Below are positions 41,563 through 50,433 of a DNA stretch of 64,000 bases, in pieces (the stretch's first letter is position 1; every line of letters begins with the position of its first letter). The DNA lies in contig JANPJV010000314.1 in the NCBI GenBank assembly GCA_031425695.1, forward strand, positions 2,293 through 66,292, read 5' to 3'. The notes beneath the pieces were generated by a model. That model had not been told where the DNA came from, did not search any database, and worked only from the letters and a program-made list of their open reading frames with translations. The DNA comes from Rhodanobacteraceae bacterium (GTDB lineage Bacteria > Pseudomonadota > Gammaproteobacteria > Xanthomonadales > SZUA-5). Position numbers and translations under genes: made by a program.

Positions 41563-44500
41563 ACGAATATCGCCTCGCCATCGTTATCGATGCCAACGGT
41601 CGCCCGGCGATCGAGGCGATCAACAAGATCACCGGTGCCAGCCAGGGCCTCACGACTGCGCAGCGTAACGTCGCGGCCGGCGCGGACCGCCAGGCGCAGG
41701 CCACCAGGCGCGCGAACACGGAGATGGAATCCCTCGGCGCGACGGCGCGCCGGGTGCAGGGCTTCCTGGCAGCCGTGTTCGGCGCCGCCGTTGTGCGAGA
41801 GATCATCGGCACGACCAACCGTATCGACGGCATGAGCCGGACGCTGCAGGGCGTCCTCGGCAGCTCACGGGCTGCGGCCTCGGGAATATCCTTCATCAGG
41901 GCGGAAGCCGATCGGCTCGGGATTGCGTTTGAACCCGCGCTCAACGGCTACACCAAACTCGCCGCGGCGGCCCGCGGTACCGAACTGGCACCGAAGGTCA
42001 ACGAGCTGACCAGCGCCATCCTGCAGGCAGGCCGCGCGTTCAACGCATCGGGCGAGCAGATCGGCGGCGCCATCACCGCGATCGAGCAGATGATCAGCAA
42101 GGGAACGGTCTCGGCCGAAGAGCTGCGCGGGCAGCTCGGCGAGCGTATCCCGGGCGCATTCGGCATCGCCGCGCGCGCGATGGGCGTCACCACCGCCGAA
42201 CTCGACAAGATGCTCACCAAGGGTGAGGTCGTCGCCAAGGACTTTCTTCCCAAGTTTGCAGCGGAACTCGAACGGTCAACGCGGGCCGCAGCGGGCCTCA
42301 ATGCAGCGTCACCGGCTGCCGAGCTCGAGCGAATTGGCAACGAGCTGCAGAGCATCGCGGTTGACCTGGGCACTGGACTCTTCGAAGGGCTGGGCAGTGG
42401 TCTGACAGAGTTCCGTGAGGCGCTCGCTGGCATAAACGCGAAGGACCTAGGCCGGGACATCGGTGAGGCCCTCGGAAGCATCGCGCGCAGTGCCGATATC
42501 GCTGCTGTGGCGATGGTTGCTTTCGCAGGCGCGCGGGGCGTCGGGGCTGCGGTTACAGCACTGCAGGGACTCGGGATCATTGCGCGACCAATGCCTGCGG
42601 TGATTGCCTCGGCTGGCGCTGCTTTCATGGCGCTCAACGTGCCAGTGGTCGGCAGCACTTCGGCAATCACCGCCTGGACCCGAGCGGCCGGCATTGCTTC
42701 GACGGTCGGGCGCGGGTTCTTCCTGCTGATGGGCGGCTGGCCTGGGCTCTTGGCCGCTGCTGCAGCAGGCATTTACTACTTGGCGACGGCAAAGGGTGAG
42801 GTCGCTCAAGCTGCCGATCGGGCTACTGAAGCGATCGACAATCTGCGCGCGGCTACGGATGCAAACCGCCAAAGCTCGATCGCCGCCACCCAGGCTGAGA
42901 TCAAGCGAACTGAGGCGATGATCGCCTCCGCTGTAGCAGCCCGAGCCTCGCTTGCCGCTGCCGGTCCGGCGAGCCTTGCATCGTTAGGCAGAGAGATCGG
43001 GCGGGGTGCAGGGACGCCTGGGCTCGCCGCGCAGGCCGCAAGCATCAACGAGCTGAGTCTTACGCTACTCCGGCTGCGCGCGGCCATTGCAGAGGCATCC
43101 GGGGGCACCGCTGACCTTCGAAAGCTCTGGGCCGGCTTCGACAAGGCCCTTGGGGTTACCAAGCTCCTCAATGCGCTTGGAATCCAGCTTGGAGAGGTCG
43201 AAGATCAAGCGGGCGACACCACAGGCGGGTTCGAGGATCTGCACGCGGCTGCCGAAAAGTACATCGAGTCGCTGCAGGAACAGATCGCCACGCTCGGGAT
43301 GTCTCGTGCCGAGCAGGTGCGTTGGGAGGCGGCTCAGCGGGCCAGCAAGGCGGCAACGCGGGAGCAAGCCGAGGAGATCCGGCGCCTGGGCGACACGCTG
43401 GCTCTCAAGATCGAGCTGACCGAGGCAGCAACCGAAGCCGAGCGTGAAGCAAAGCGAGTCACTGATGACCTGGCGCAAGCCAATCAGCGCTTGGCACAAC
43501 GAACGGCGGAGCTGCTCGATCCGTTGCGCAACGTTGCCGACGCCCAGCGCGATTTCAACCAGCTGCAGGGCGATCTGACGCAGGCGCTGATGGGGCCTGC
43601 CGAACAAGCTCGTGCGCGGTACATCGAGGATCTTCGAATCATCCAGGCGGGCCTGGAAGCGGCATTCGCGGTGGGTCCGTTGACACCCGATTCTGCAGCG
43701 GCCTGGGATGCACGCGCGCGTCAGATGACCGAGCAGGCGGGACGAGTACTCGAACAATCGCTGGCCGAGATCGAGACCGAATACGACCGCTTCTGGACGG
43801 ACTTCCTCACGACCGGTAGCGACGCATTCGGCGAGCTTGCAGCGAACGGCTTCGAAGACTGGGAAGGCTTCCTGGACAAGATGGAGTCGGCCTGGAAGCA
43901 GTACATCGGTCGGATGGTCGCGGAGTGGGTTCAGTCCGGACTGACGCAGCTATTGAGCGGTGGCGGAATGGGCGGCTTCAACCTTGGCAGCGTGTTCGGC
44001 GGGGGTGGCGCCGGTGGCGGCGGCGGCTTTATGTCCATGATCAGCAGCGTCTTCGGCGGCGGATCGGGCAGCGGATCGGGCGGTTTCAACCTTGGCTCGA
44101 TCGGCAGCATGCTCGGCCTTGGCGGCGGCGGATTCACCGCGGCCGGCGCCGGTGGGCTCGCCCCGATCTTCGGCAGCAGCACGCTCCTGGGTGGTGCGAC
44201 CACGAGCGCAACCAGCGGCTTGGTTGGCCTGGGTGGTACGACTGGTGCTGCCGTCAGTGGCATGAGCCAAGTCATGAGTGCTGCCATGAGCGCAGTGCCT
44301 TGGGTGGCTTTGATCGCCGCCGGCATCAGTGCCAATAACCGGGCCTACGCAGCCGGCTGGCGGCCCAACGGCGCCAGCACGGTGCTCCCCAATGGACAGT
44401 CCATCACTGGAGGGGGCGCCCCGCGCTGGATGGATGGTGCGGTTAGCGACGGGCTCCTTCAGTCCCTTGGATTCTCCGCGTCGACGGCTTCCATGCTCAG

Positions 44501-46997
44501 TGGCTCGGCATTGCACACGCGGCTCTTTGGTCGCAAGAAGCCAGAAGTGCGGCGAAGCGAATCGACGTGGAACCTGGGGCCGGACGGTACGAGCGGCTCC
44601 GAGGTCTACCGTACGGTCGAGCGCGGCGGGACGTTCCGCAGCGACCGCTGGCGCAACCATAACTTCGATCTTGGCGAGGAAGCGCAGACCGCCATCAAGG
44701 AGCTGTTTGACACCGTCCGCGGGGTCATGACGGCAAGCGCGCGCGCCCTGCAGGGCGAGGTGCCGCCGATGATCGATGCGGCGCTGCGCACCGTCATGGA
44801 ATACGACAGCAAAGGCAAGGTGACGGCCACCAAGTTCTTTGTAGACCTGCTTGGCCGCACCTGGGAGGAATCGTCGTCCGAGGCGGCTACGAGCCGGATC
44901 ATCGCGGAGTCCATGATTGCGACGATTGACTCGGTCCTGGGCACGACGGTCACCGTGGCTGGTGATGCGGTCGCTAATGCCGCCAGCGACGTCGTCGACG
45001 CAGCTGCTGGAGCTCTCTCCGGTGGGCTGCCGCGACTCAGTGGCGTCATCGACGACATGGTGAAGAACGTCGGCGCGACCCAGGGCGAAGCGTCGGCCAT
45101 CGCCGAGCGCTGGCGCCACGACGCAGCGATGTTGCTCGACGGCGCGGGTTTCCTGCTGGCGGCTGCCACGGACATGCGCAACGGCACCGCGCTGATCACC
45201 GACGGCACCCTTACCCAGATCACCGACCTGGTCGAGGAGCTGGGCCGGGAAGGCGAGTCGATGATCGAGAGCTACGCGCGCCTGCAGGCGTCCACGCAGC
45301 TCTATCTGACTGCGCTCGGGATCATGGACGGTGCGCTGCAGACGTCGACGGCTGAGATTGTCGAGTTTGCCGACGGCGCCGTCGAAGCCCTGGGCGGCTT
45401 GGACGCCGCGACGCAGCAGCTCAACGTCATCCTGGAAACCTTCTTCACAGAGGCCGAGCGAAACGCGCTACGCCTGGCTCAAGCGCAAGCTCGGGTTGCC
45501 CGGGCGCAGTCGGAAGTGGGCGCCGAGGGCGTCACTTTCGACAACTTCCGCGCCCGCTTCGAGGCGGCGCGCGCGGGAGGGCTCTCGCCGGAGGAGTTCG
45601 CCGCTTGGGTGCGCCTGGGTGTCGCGCTCGCGCAGGCGGCGGCTGCCTCCGATGCGCTCACCGAGTCGACTGAAGATTTCGCCGAGACCACGACCGCGAC
45701 GGCCGACGTGATCGCCGCCAGCGCCGAGGAACTGGGGGTCGTGGCCAACACGGTTTCCGAGGCACTTGCCGGGCTGAGCCAGTTCACTGGGCAGCTTGAT
45801 CAGGATCTCAACGCGCTGCGTCGCGATGGCATGAACGAGTTCGTGACCGGCATCCAGGATGTGGAGTCCTGGCTGGTGACTTCGACTCAGCAGGCGCACC
45901 AGCTGGCACGCGCCACGGGCCAGCAAGCGGCGAGCGAGGAAACGCTGACGCAGATCCGTACCTTGGCGGCCGCCCGAATTGGCCAGGCGATCGCGGCGCT
46001 CGATGCGGCGACGGTCGGGATGATCGCGAGCCTGTACGAGGCTGCGGATGCGGTCCAGGAGTTCGATCTCTCGCGCTCGAATGATCCCCTGGCGATCATC
46101 ACGCAGCTGGCGATCGGCTTTCAGGAGACTGCTGATGCGATCGACCCGCAGCGCTACCAGCAAGCCCTTCAGATCGCTCAAAACCTGTTCAACTTGGGCT
46201 GGGCGACTGGTGACGACGTGCTCGATATCGGCGAGCGCATGCGCCTGCCGTTCGACCGGTTCCTGCAGGACCTGGGCGTTGACTTGTCTGCATTGAGCGA
46301 TGCCAGCAACTTCGACGGCTTGGTGCAGGCGGCGCGCGCGCTGGGTGTCGAGTTGCCGGAGCTCGCGGCGCGTGTTGGTGTCAATCTGGGCTCGCTGTCC
46401 GACGCGAGCTCGATGATCAACGATGGTTTCGAGCGCGCGCTCGCACGCCTGACCGCGAGCCAGGCCGACCCGATCCGCAACCTGCTGCGACAGTTGGAAA
46501 CGGCGCCCGAGGCCGACCGCGCTGGCATCCGGGCGCAGATCGAGGCCCTGGTCAACCGCCTGCCGACCGAGCTGCGCGCCCTCTTTGCGCCGTTCCTGGA
46601 TGACGTGGACGTAACGCCGCCCGAAGTCGAGCAGGTCAATGCCACCAACCGCGTCGAGACCGCGGTCAACGCCGGCAACTCGTTGCTGGGCCGCATCCTC
46701 GCGACGCTGGCCAACACGCCGAAGCCCGGCTCCGCCAGCGCACGTTTCAACCCGGATAAGTCGGCCGGACTCGATGCTTCGGTCGGCATGGATGCCGCGG
46801 TGTCCCACCTGGTGGGAATCCGCGCTCTGATCCAGCAGGCGATCGCATCGGCCGGCGCCGACAAGGCCGGCAACGTGGCCGACAGCCGAGCCGTCCTCGT
46901 CGAGCTGCGAGGTATATCCAGCGAGATCCGGGACGCGACAAATGTGTTGCGGCGCTCCACCGACCGCAAGCTCGTCGGCATGAACGGCGCCGGCTGA
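41559..46997 (+). CDS. tape measure protein
   Basis: 1812 aa, Ala/Leu/Glu-rich and helical, with an internal Gly-rich block (GGGMGGFNLGSVFGGGGAGGGGGF...). Positioned after the G/GT chaperones. Confidence 0.9.
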   Translation: MNEYRLAIVIDANGRPAIEAINKITGASQGLTTAQRNVAAGADRQAQATRRANTEMESLGATARRVQGFLAAVFGAAVVREIIGTTNRIDGMSRTLQGVLGSSRAAASGISFIRAEADRLGIAFEPALNGYTKLAAAARGTELAPKVNELTSAILQAGRAFNASGEQIGGAITAIEQMISKGTVSAEELRGQLGERIPGAFGIAARAMGVTTAELDKMLTKGEVVAKDFLPKFAAELERSTRAAAGLNAASPAAELERIGNELQSIAVDLGTGLFEGLGSGLTEFREALAGINAKDLGRDIGEALGSIARSADIAAVAMVAFAGARGVGAAVTALQGLGIIARPMPAVIASAGAAFMALNVPVVGSTSAITAWTRAAGIASTVGRGFFLLMGGWPGLLAAAAAGIYYLATAKGEVAQAADRATEAIDNLRAATDANRQSSIAATQAEIKRTEAMIASAVAARASLAAAGPASLASLGREIGRGAGTPGLAAQAASINELSLTLLRLRAAIAEASGGTADLRKLWAGFDKALGVTKLLNALGIQLGEVEDQAGDTTGGFEDLHAAAEKYIESLQEQIATLGMSRAEQVRWEAAQRASKAATREQAEEIRRLGDTLALKIELTEAATEAEREAKRVTDDLAQANQRLAQRTAELLDPLRNVADAQRDFNQLQGDLTQALMGPAEQARARYIEDLRIIQAGLEAAFAVGPLTPDSAAAWDARARQMTEQAGRVLEQSLAEIETEYDRFWTDFLTTGSDAFGELAANGFEDWEGFLDKMESAWKQYIGRMVAEWVQSGLTQLLSGGGMGGFNLGSVFGGGGAGGGGGFMSMISSVFGGGSGSGSGGFNLGSIGSMLGLGGGGFTAAGAGGLAPIFGSSTLLGGATTSATSGLVGLGGTTGAAVSGMSQVMSAAMSAVPWVALIAAGISANNRAYAAGWRPNGASTVLPNGQSITGGGAPRWMDGAVSDGLLQSLGFSASTASMLSGSALHTRLFGRKKPEVRRSESTWNLGPDGTSGSEVYRTVERGGTFRSDRWRNHNFDLGEEAQTAIKELFDTVRGVMTASARALQGEVPPMIDAALRTVMEYDSKGKVTATKFFVDLLGRTWEESSSEAATSRIIAESMIATIDSVLGTTVTVAGDAVANAASDVVDAAAGALSGGLPRLSGVIDDMVKNVGATQGEASAIAERWRHDAAMLLDGAGFLLAAATDMRNGTALITDGTLTQITDLVEELGREGESMIESYARLQASTQLYLTALGIMDGALQTSTAEIVEFADGAVEALGGLDAATQQLNVILETFFTEAERNALRLAQAQARVARAQSEVGAEGVTFDNFRARFEAARAGGLSPEEFAAWVRLGVALAQAAAASDALTESTEDFAETTTATADVIAASAEELGVVANTVSEALAGLSQFTGQLDQDLNALRRDGMNEFVTGIQDVESWLVTSTQQAHQLARATGQQAASEETLTQIRTLAAARIGQAIAALDAATVGMIASLYEAADAVQEFDLSRSNDPLAIITQLAIGFQETADAIDPQRYQQALQIAQNLFNLGWATGDDVLDIGERMRLPFDRFLQDLGVDLSALSDASNFDGLVQAARALGVELPELAARVGVNLGSLSDASSMINDGFERALARLTASQADPIRNLLRQLETAPEADRAGIRAQIEALVNRLPTELRALFAPFLDDVDVTPPEVEQVNATNRVETAVNAGNSLLGRILATLANTPKPGSASARFNPDKSAGLDASVGMDAAVSHLVGIRALIQQAIASAGADKAGNVADSRAVLVELRGISSEIRDATNVLRRSTDRKLVGMNGAG

Positions 46998-49255
46998 TGA
47001 TCCGGCACATTGTCGTTGCCCAGATCGATGCGCCTGGCGGCGTGGTGTATGCCTCCACCAGGCCGTATGCGACGCATCCCAGCGACACGCCAGCAAACCT
47101 GTTCATTTCCCGCGGCACGGCAGAGATCGTTTACGAGCGAGCCCTGACCTTCGAGTTTTGGAGTCGCGGCGGCGGCGGCGCTACGAGCGGCGTCGAGCTC
47201 TACAACATCGACGGCTATTTCGACACGTGGCCGAACCTGGCCTGGAAGGGCCGTCGAATCAACCTTTACGCCGTTGAGCCACGCCAGGCGTGGTCGACCA
47301 GGATCGCGTTAGGGTCAATGACCATTCACCGGCCGCGCGTAACCGGCGCTCATCGTATCCGGCTCGAATGCGGATCGACTATCGAGCTGCTCGGCCGGCC
47401 GGTGAACAGTGTGTTCCTGCAGACGATTGGCAACCTGCAGCTGCGCGGCCAGCCGGCACCTATCGTGCTCGGTCACGTGCGCTGGGCCGATCCCCGGCCA
47501 AGGCGGTTGAACGATGGAAGCACGCGCGGCCTGTACGACCTGACGGACGCACCATTTGAGTCGGTCGCGCAGGTTCTCCATCGCGGCTCGCCGCTTATTG
47601 AGCAGCCAGACCCGCAGCTGCCGACCGGTGGCTTTTGGGTCGACGCGGACGAGTGCTACGGTTTCCGGTTTGGTCCCCAGACGTACCGGTTGGCTGGGGA
47701 AATGCACGGCAACCTTCGCCGCGAGGCGAATCTCACCACAAACGACACTTTCCCTACGGCTACCGGCGACGATCCCGCGGGTTGGGATGTAACCGAGGAA
47801 GGCACGGCCACCGTCGTTCTGACGGCGCCAGGCATCGTTACCATCACGGGGTTCGGCGACGGGAATGTGCGGATCGACCAAACCCTTGGCCTGACCGACG
47901 GACACCGGTACCAGTTGGAGGTGCGCGTCTCGTCCCAGACCGGAACCGCCGACTTTTACTACGGCGCCACCGTCTTGCGGTCCTTCGAGGCGGCCAGCAA
48001 CCGCACGGTCATGGTTTGTTTCGTGGCGGCCGGTGGGGTCGACAACATTGGTGTGGGGCTCAACATCGGCCAGTCCGGCTTCGTGCAGATCAATTTCCTC
48101 CGCTGTTACCGGGTGCATCGCATTGACTCGCTGGGCGAAATGCTCCGCTTCGCCGCAGCGCGAAATTCGGTTTCGACCTCGGCGCTGGCGCTGACCGCCT
48201 GTGACGACCTGCAGGCGGAAACGCCTTACCGGCTGGCGATAGCGACCACCGGAGCGATCACGGGCGACGAACTCGTGCGGCGTGCCGCGTTGAGCTACGG
48301 CTCCGGGTTCTTCGAGGACCGCTCCGGCCAGCTGCGTCCGGCTCGGCTAAAGCGCCCGTCAGCGGTGGCCGATTGGGACATTCCCGAGTGGCGAGTCAAG
48401 GGTGATATCGCCTTTGAAACCGACCACGCGCCAGGTCTGGCCAACCGAATGAGTTTCGGGCGCAACTACGTCCTTCACAGCGATGACGACATGAGCGGGA
48501 TTACCGATCCCGCAATGCGCGCTGCGCTGTCGCGCGGTCCCTCCGTGGTGACCTCGACGATCACGCTTCACGCCGAATATGCCGCGGACGCAGCTGCTCG
48601 CGAACCGATCGAGTCGTTGTTGTCGGAACAGGCCGACGCCCAGGCAGAGATCAACCGGTTGTGCGACCTGTACCGGCTGATTCGCGGTTTCTGGTCATTC
48701 ACCGTGCGACTCGACGACGTGCTCGACGCCTACGAGATCGAGCCGGGTGAAACGATCCGCCTGACCCATCGTCGCTACGGGTTGTCGGCCGGCGTGAACC
48801 TGCTCGTGGTGCTGGCGCGCAGCAATGAGACGCAAGTTGACCTGGTGTGTTGGGGCTCTGCGGAGCCAGAAGCCGAAGACGAGGCTTACGAGCCGTCGCC
48901 GATCGAGGAGCTGATTGAGGACACGACCTTCGACAGCAGCTCGGGCTGGACCGGCTGGCTTGTCGAGGACGGCTACGCTGCCTACGACGAAGGGGAGCTG
49001 GAGGCCGAGTTGCTTCGCCCCTGTACACCCGGCCTGGGCTATCGGCTGACGGTCGACGTGCTGGCCAGTGACATGGATTACGGGCTGGACGTCTACCTCG
49101 GAGACCAGCTGATCTATTCCGGGCTGGCGCCAGCTGTCGGCGAGTGGACCTTCGATTCCACCGCTTCTGGTGCGCACGGGACCCTTACTTTCATCCCCGA
49201 GGGCGGCACGCCAGCGCTCGAATTCGGATCGGTTTCTCTGCAGGAGCTTGGCTAG
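46997..49255 (+). CDS. tail tip/distal tail protein
   Basis: 752 aa. Its ATG overlaps the tape-measure stop. Confidence 0.65.
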   Translation: MIRHIVVAQIDAPGGVVYASTRPYATHPSDTPANLFISRGTAEIVYERALTFEFWSRGGGGATSGVELYNIDGYFDTWPNLAWKGRRINLYAVEPRQAWSTRIALGSMTIHRPRVTGAHRIRLECGSTIELLGRPVNSVFLQTIGNLQLRGQPAPIVLGHVRWADPRPRRLNDGSTRGLYDLTDAPFESVAQVLHRGSPLIEQPDPQLPTGGFWVDADECYGFRFGPQTYRLAGEMHGNLRREANLTTNDTFPTATGDDPAGWDVTEEGTATVVLTAPGIVTITGFGDGNVRIDQTLGLTDGHRYQLEVRVSSQTGTADFYYGATVLRSFEAASNRTVMVCFVAAGGVDNIGVGLNIGQSGFVQINFLRCYRVHRIDSLGEMLRFAAARNSVSTSALALTACDDLQAETPYRLAIATTGAITGDELVRRAALSYGSGFFEDRSGQLRPARLKRPSAVADWDIPEWRVKGDIAFETDHAPGLANRMSFGRNYVLHSDDDMSGITDPAMRAALSRGPSVVTSTITLHAEYAADAAAREPIESLLSEQADAQAEINRLCDLYRLIRGFWSFTVRLDDVLDAYEIEPGETIRLTHRRYGLSAGVNLLVVLARSNETQVDLVCWGSAEPEAEDEAYEPSPIEELIEDTTFDSSSGWTGWLVEDGYAAYDEGELEAELLRPCTPGLGYRLTVDVLASDMDYGLDVYLGDQLIYSGLAPAVGEWTFDSTASGAHGTLTFIPEGGTPALEFGSVSLQELG

Positions 49256-50092
49256 ATGGGCGCGATCCTTAGCAACGTGAACTACGCGGACAGCGCGGAC
49301 GCGACTATCACCGAGAACACGGGCACGTTCCTGACGCCCCTCTCGCAGCTGCAGGTCCCTTGGGGTCGAGGACTTTGCCGGGCTCACGATGGCCCGTACC
49401 CGCGCTGCATCTTTGATGTGGACCTGGGCGACGTCAAAAGCATCGTGACGCTGGGCCTCAAGGGCATGCAGGGGCATTGCGAGGTGCGATACCAGCTATC
49501 GGCGTTCGCCGACTTCTCTGTAATGGTGGCCAACACCGTCGTTGAGTACGAGTCCGCCTGGGGCTTCCCCTACGGCGCCGGTTGCTGGCTGCACCCCGCA
49601 GGTGCGGCCTGGGAAGCGCGCTACCTCCGCGTGCGTGTGGACGTCTTTGAGGGCATCGATCCCTCATGGGTTGATATGCGCCGACTGTGGGTCGGCGGCG
49701 GGATCATCCTCAGCGACGGCGTGGCAGCAGGCTGGGAAGTTGACCCAGCTGTGGACGGCAGTCCGACCGACCGGAGCCCCGATGGCGACGTTTACGCCGA
49801 CGCCCGCGCCAGGTGGCGCCGGCTTCGCGCTGGCCGCACCCTGATGACCAGGGCGACGGCTGTGGGCGGCACAGTGCCCGGCCTGGCCGCTGCGATTGCC
49901 TCGATCGGGCACTCTCGCGAGTGCGTCGTCGCCGTTCGGGCCAACGATGGCGGCGACAACGACCTGGCACGTTTCTACGAGACTGTTCACGGTCAGCTGG
50001 CCAGCTGGGCACCGCTGCGCAGCCAAAAAGGTGATCGGATTGGCCTGGAGCACCTGATGGTCGAGGAAGTGCCAATGGAGCCGCTGAGCTGA
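49256..50092 (+). CDS. tail tip-associated protein
   Basis: 278 aa, the last large gene of the late operon. Confidence 0.6.
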   Translation: MGAILSNVNYADSADATITENTGTFLTPLSQLQVPWGRGLCRAHDGPYPRCIFDVDLGDVKSIVTLGLKGMQGHCEVRYQLSAFADFSVMVANTVVEYESAWGFPYGAGCWLHPAGAAWEARYLRVRVDVFEGIDPSWVDMRRLWVGGGIILSDGVAAGWEVDPAVDGSPTDRSPDGDVYADARARWRRLRAGRTLMTRATAVGGTVPGLAAAIASIGHSRECVVAVRANDGGDNDLARFYETVHGQLASWAPLRSQKGDRIGLEHLMVEEVPMEPLS

Positions 50093-50202
50093 TGACCGTC
50101 CAAGACCTCGCCGCCTGGATCGTGATCCTTTGGGCCGCGAAGCGCGCGATCTATGGAGTGCTCGACTGCGCCGCGTACGTGAAGCGCAACTGGCCGAAGT
50201 GA
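50092..50202 (+). CDS. 36-aa hydrophobic micro-protein
   Basis: Below the track cutoff. Its ATG overlaps the upstream TGA. MTVQDLAAWIVILWAAKRAIYGVLDCAAYVKRNWPK. Followed 14 nt later by the 21-bp palindrome. Confidence 0.35.
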   Translation: MTVQDLAAWIVILWAAKRAIYGVLDCAAYVKRNWPK

Positions 50203-50216
50203 GGCAAGCTGAACCG

Positions 50217-50237
50217 ATGCGCCGTCGGACGGCGCAT
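50217..50237. repeat. 21-bp perfect palindrome ATGCGCCGTCGGACGGCGCAT (copy 2), possible terminator of the late operon
   Basis: Identical to 7755-7775. With the preceding CTGAACCG it gives a 29-bp repeat (50209-50237). Confidence 0.6.
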
Positions 50238-50289
50238 CGTGACCGTTTCGTCTGTGCGTATTCTCTTCGCAAGCGCTGAACTTTGACCG

Positions 50290-50334
50290 ACGCGCATTTA
50301 TGTCAAGATTCGGCCGCATTTATGTCAGCGCGCA
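50290..50334. repeat. prophage right end with two phased putative transposase-binding sites
   Basis: GCATTTATGTCA at 50294-50305 and 50316-50327, exactly 22 bp apart. The end reads ...GTCAGCGCGCA-3'. Confidence 0.55.
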
Positions 50335-50335
50335 T

Positions 50336-50379
50336 CACTCTCCCCCGCCCCTCTCCCCAGAAGCAAGGGAGAGGGGAGC
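50336..50379. repeat. REP-like palindromic element, right copy (inverted relative to 7528..7575)
   Basis: CACTCTCCCCCGCCCCTCTCCCCAGAAGCAAGGGAGAGGGGAGC. Its reverse complement aligns almost base for base with the left copy. Confidence 0.7.
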
Positions 50380-50433
50380 AATCACATCACGTAGACTCCT
50401 CGCCCTCACATTCACGCCGTCCCGAGCCCATCG

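Larger units (their letters stand above)
7629..50334. mobile_element. Mu-like transposable prophage (siphovirus-type tail), ~42.7 kb
   Basis: Contiguous phage gene set from dam to the tail-tip genes, including DDE transposase A and AAA+ B. Termini are 5'-TG (7629) and CA-3' (50334). The 10-mer GACATAAATG sits at 7636-7645, and its complement CATTTATGTC at 50295-50304 and 50317-50326. Flanking pentamers are TCACG (7624-7628) and TCACT (50335-50339). Confidence 0.7.
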
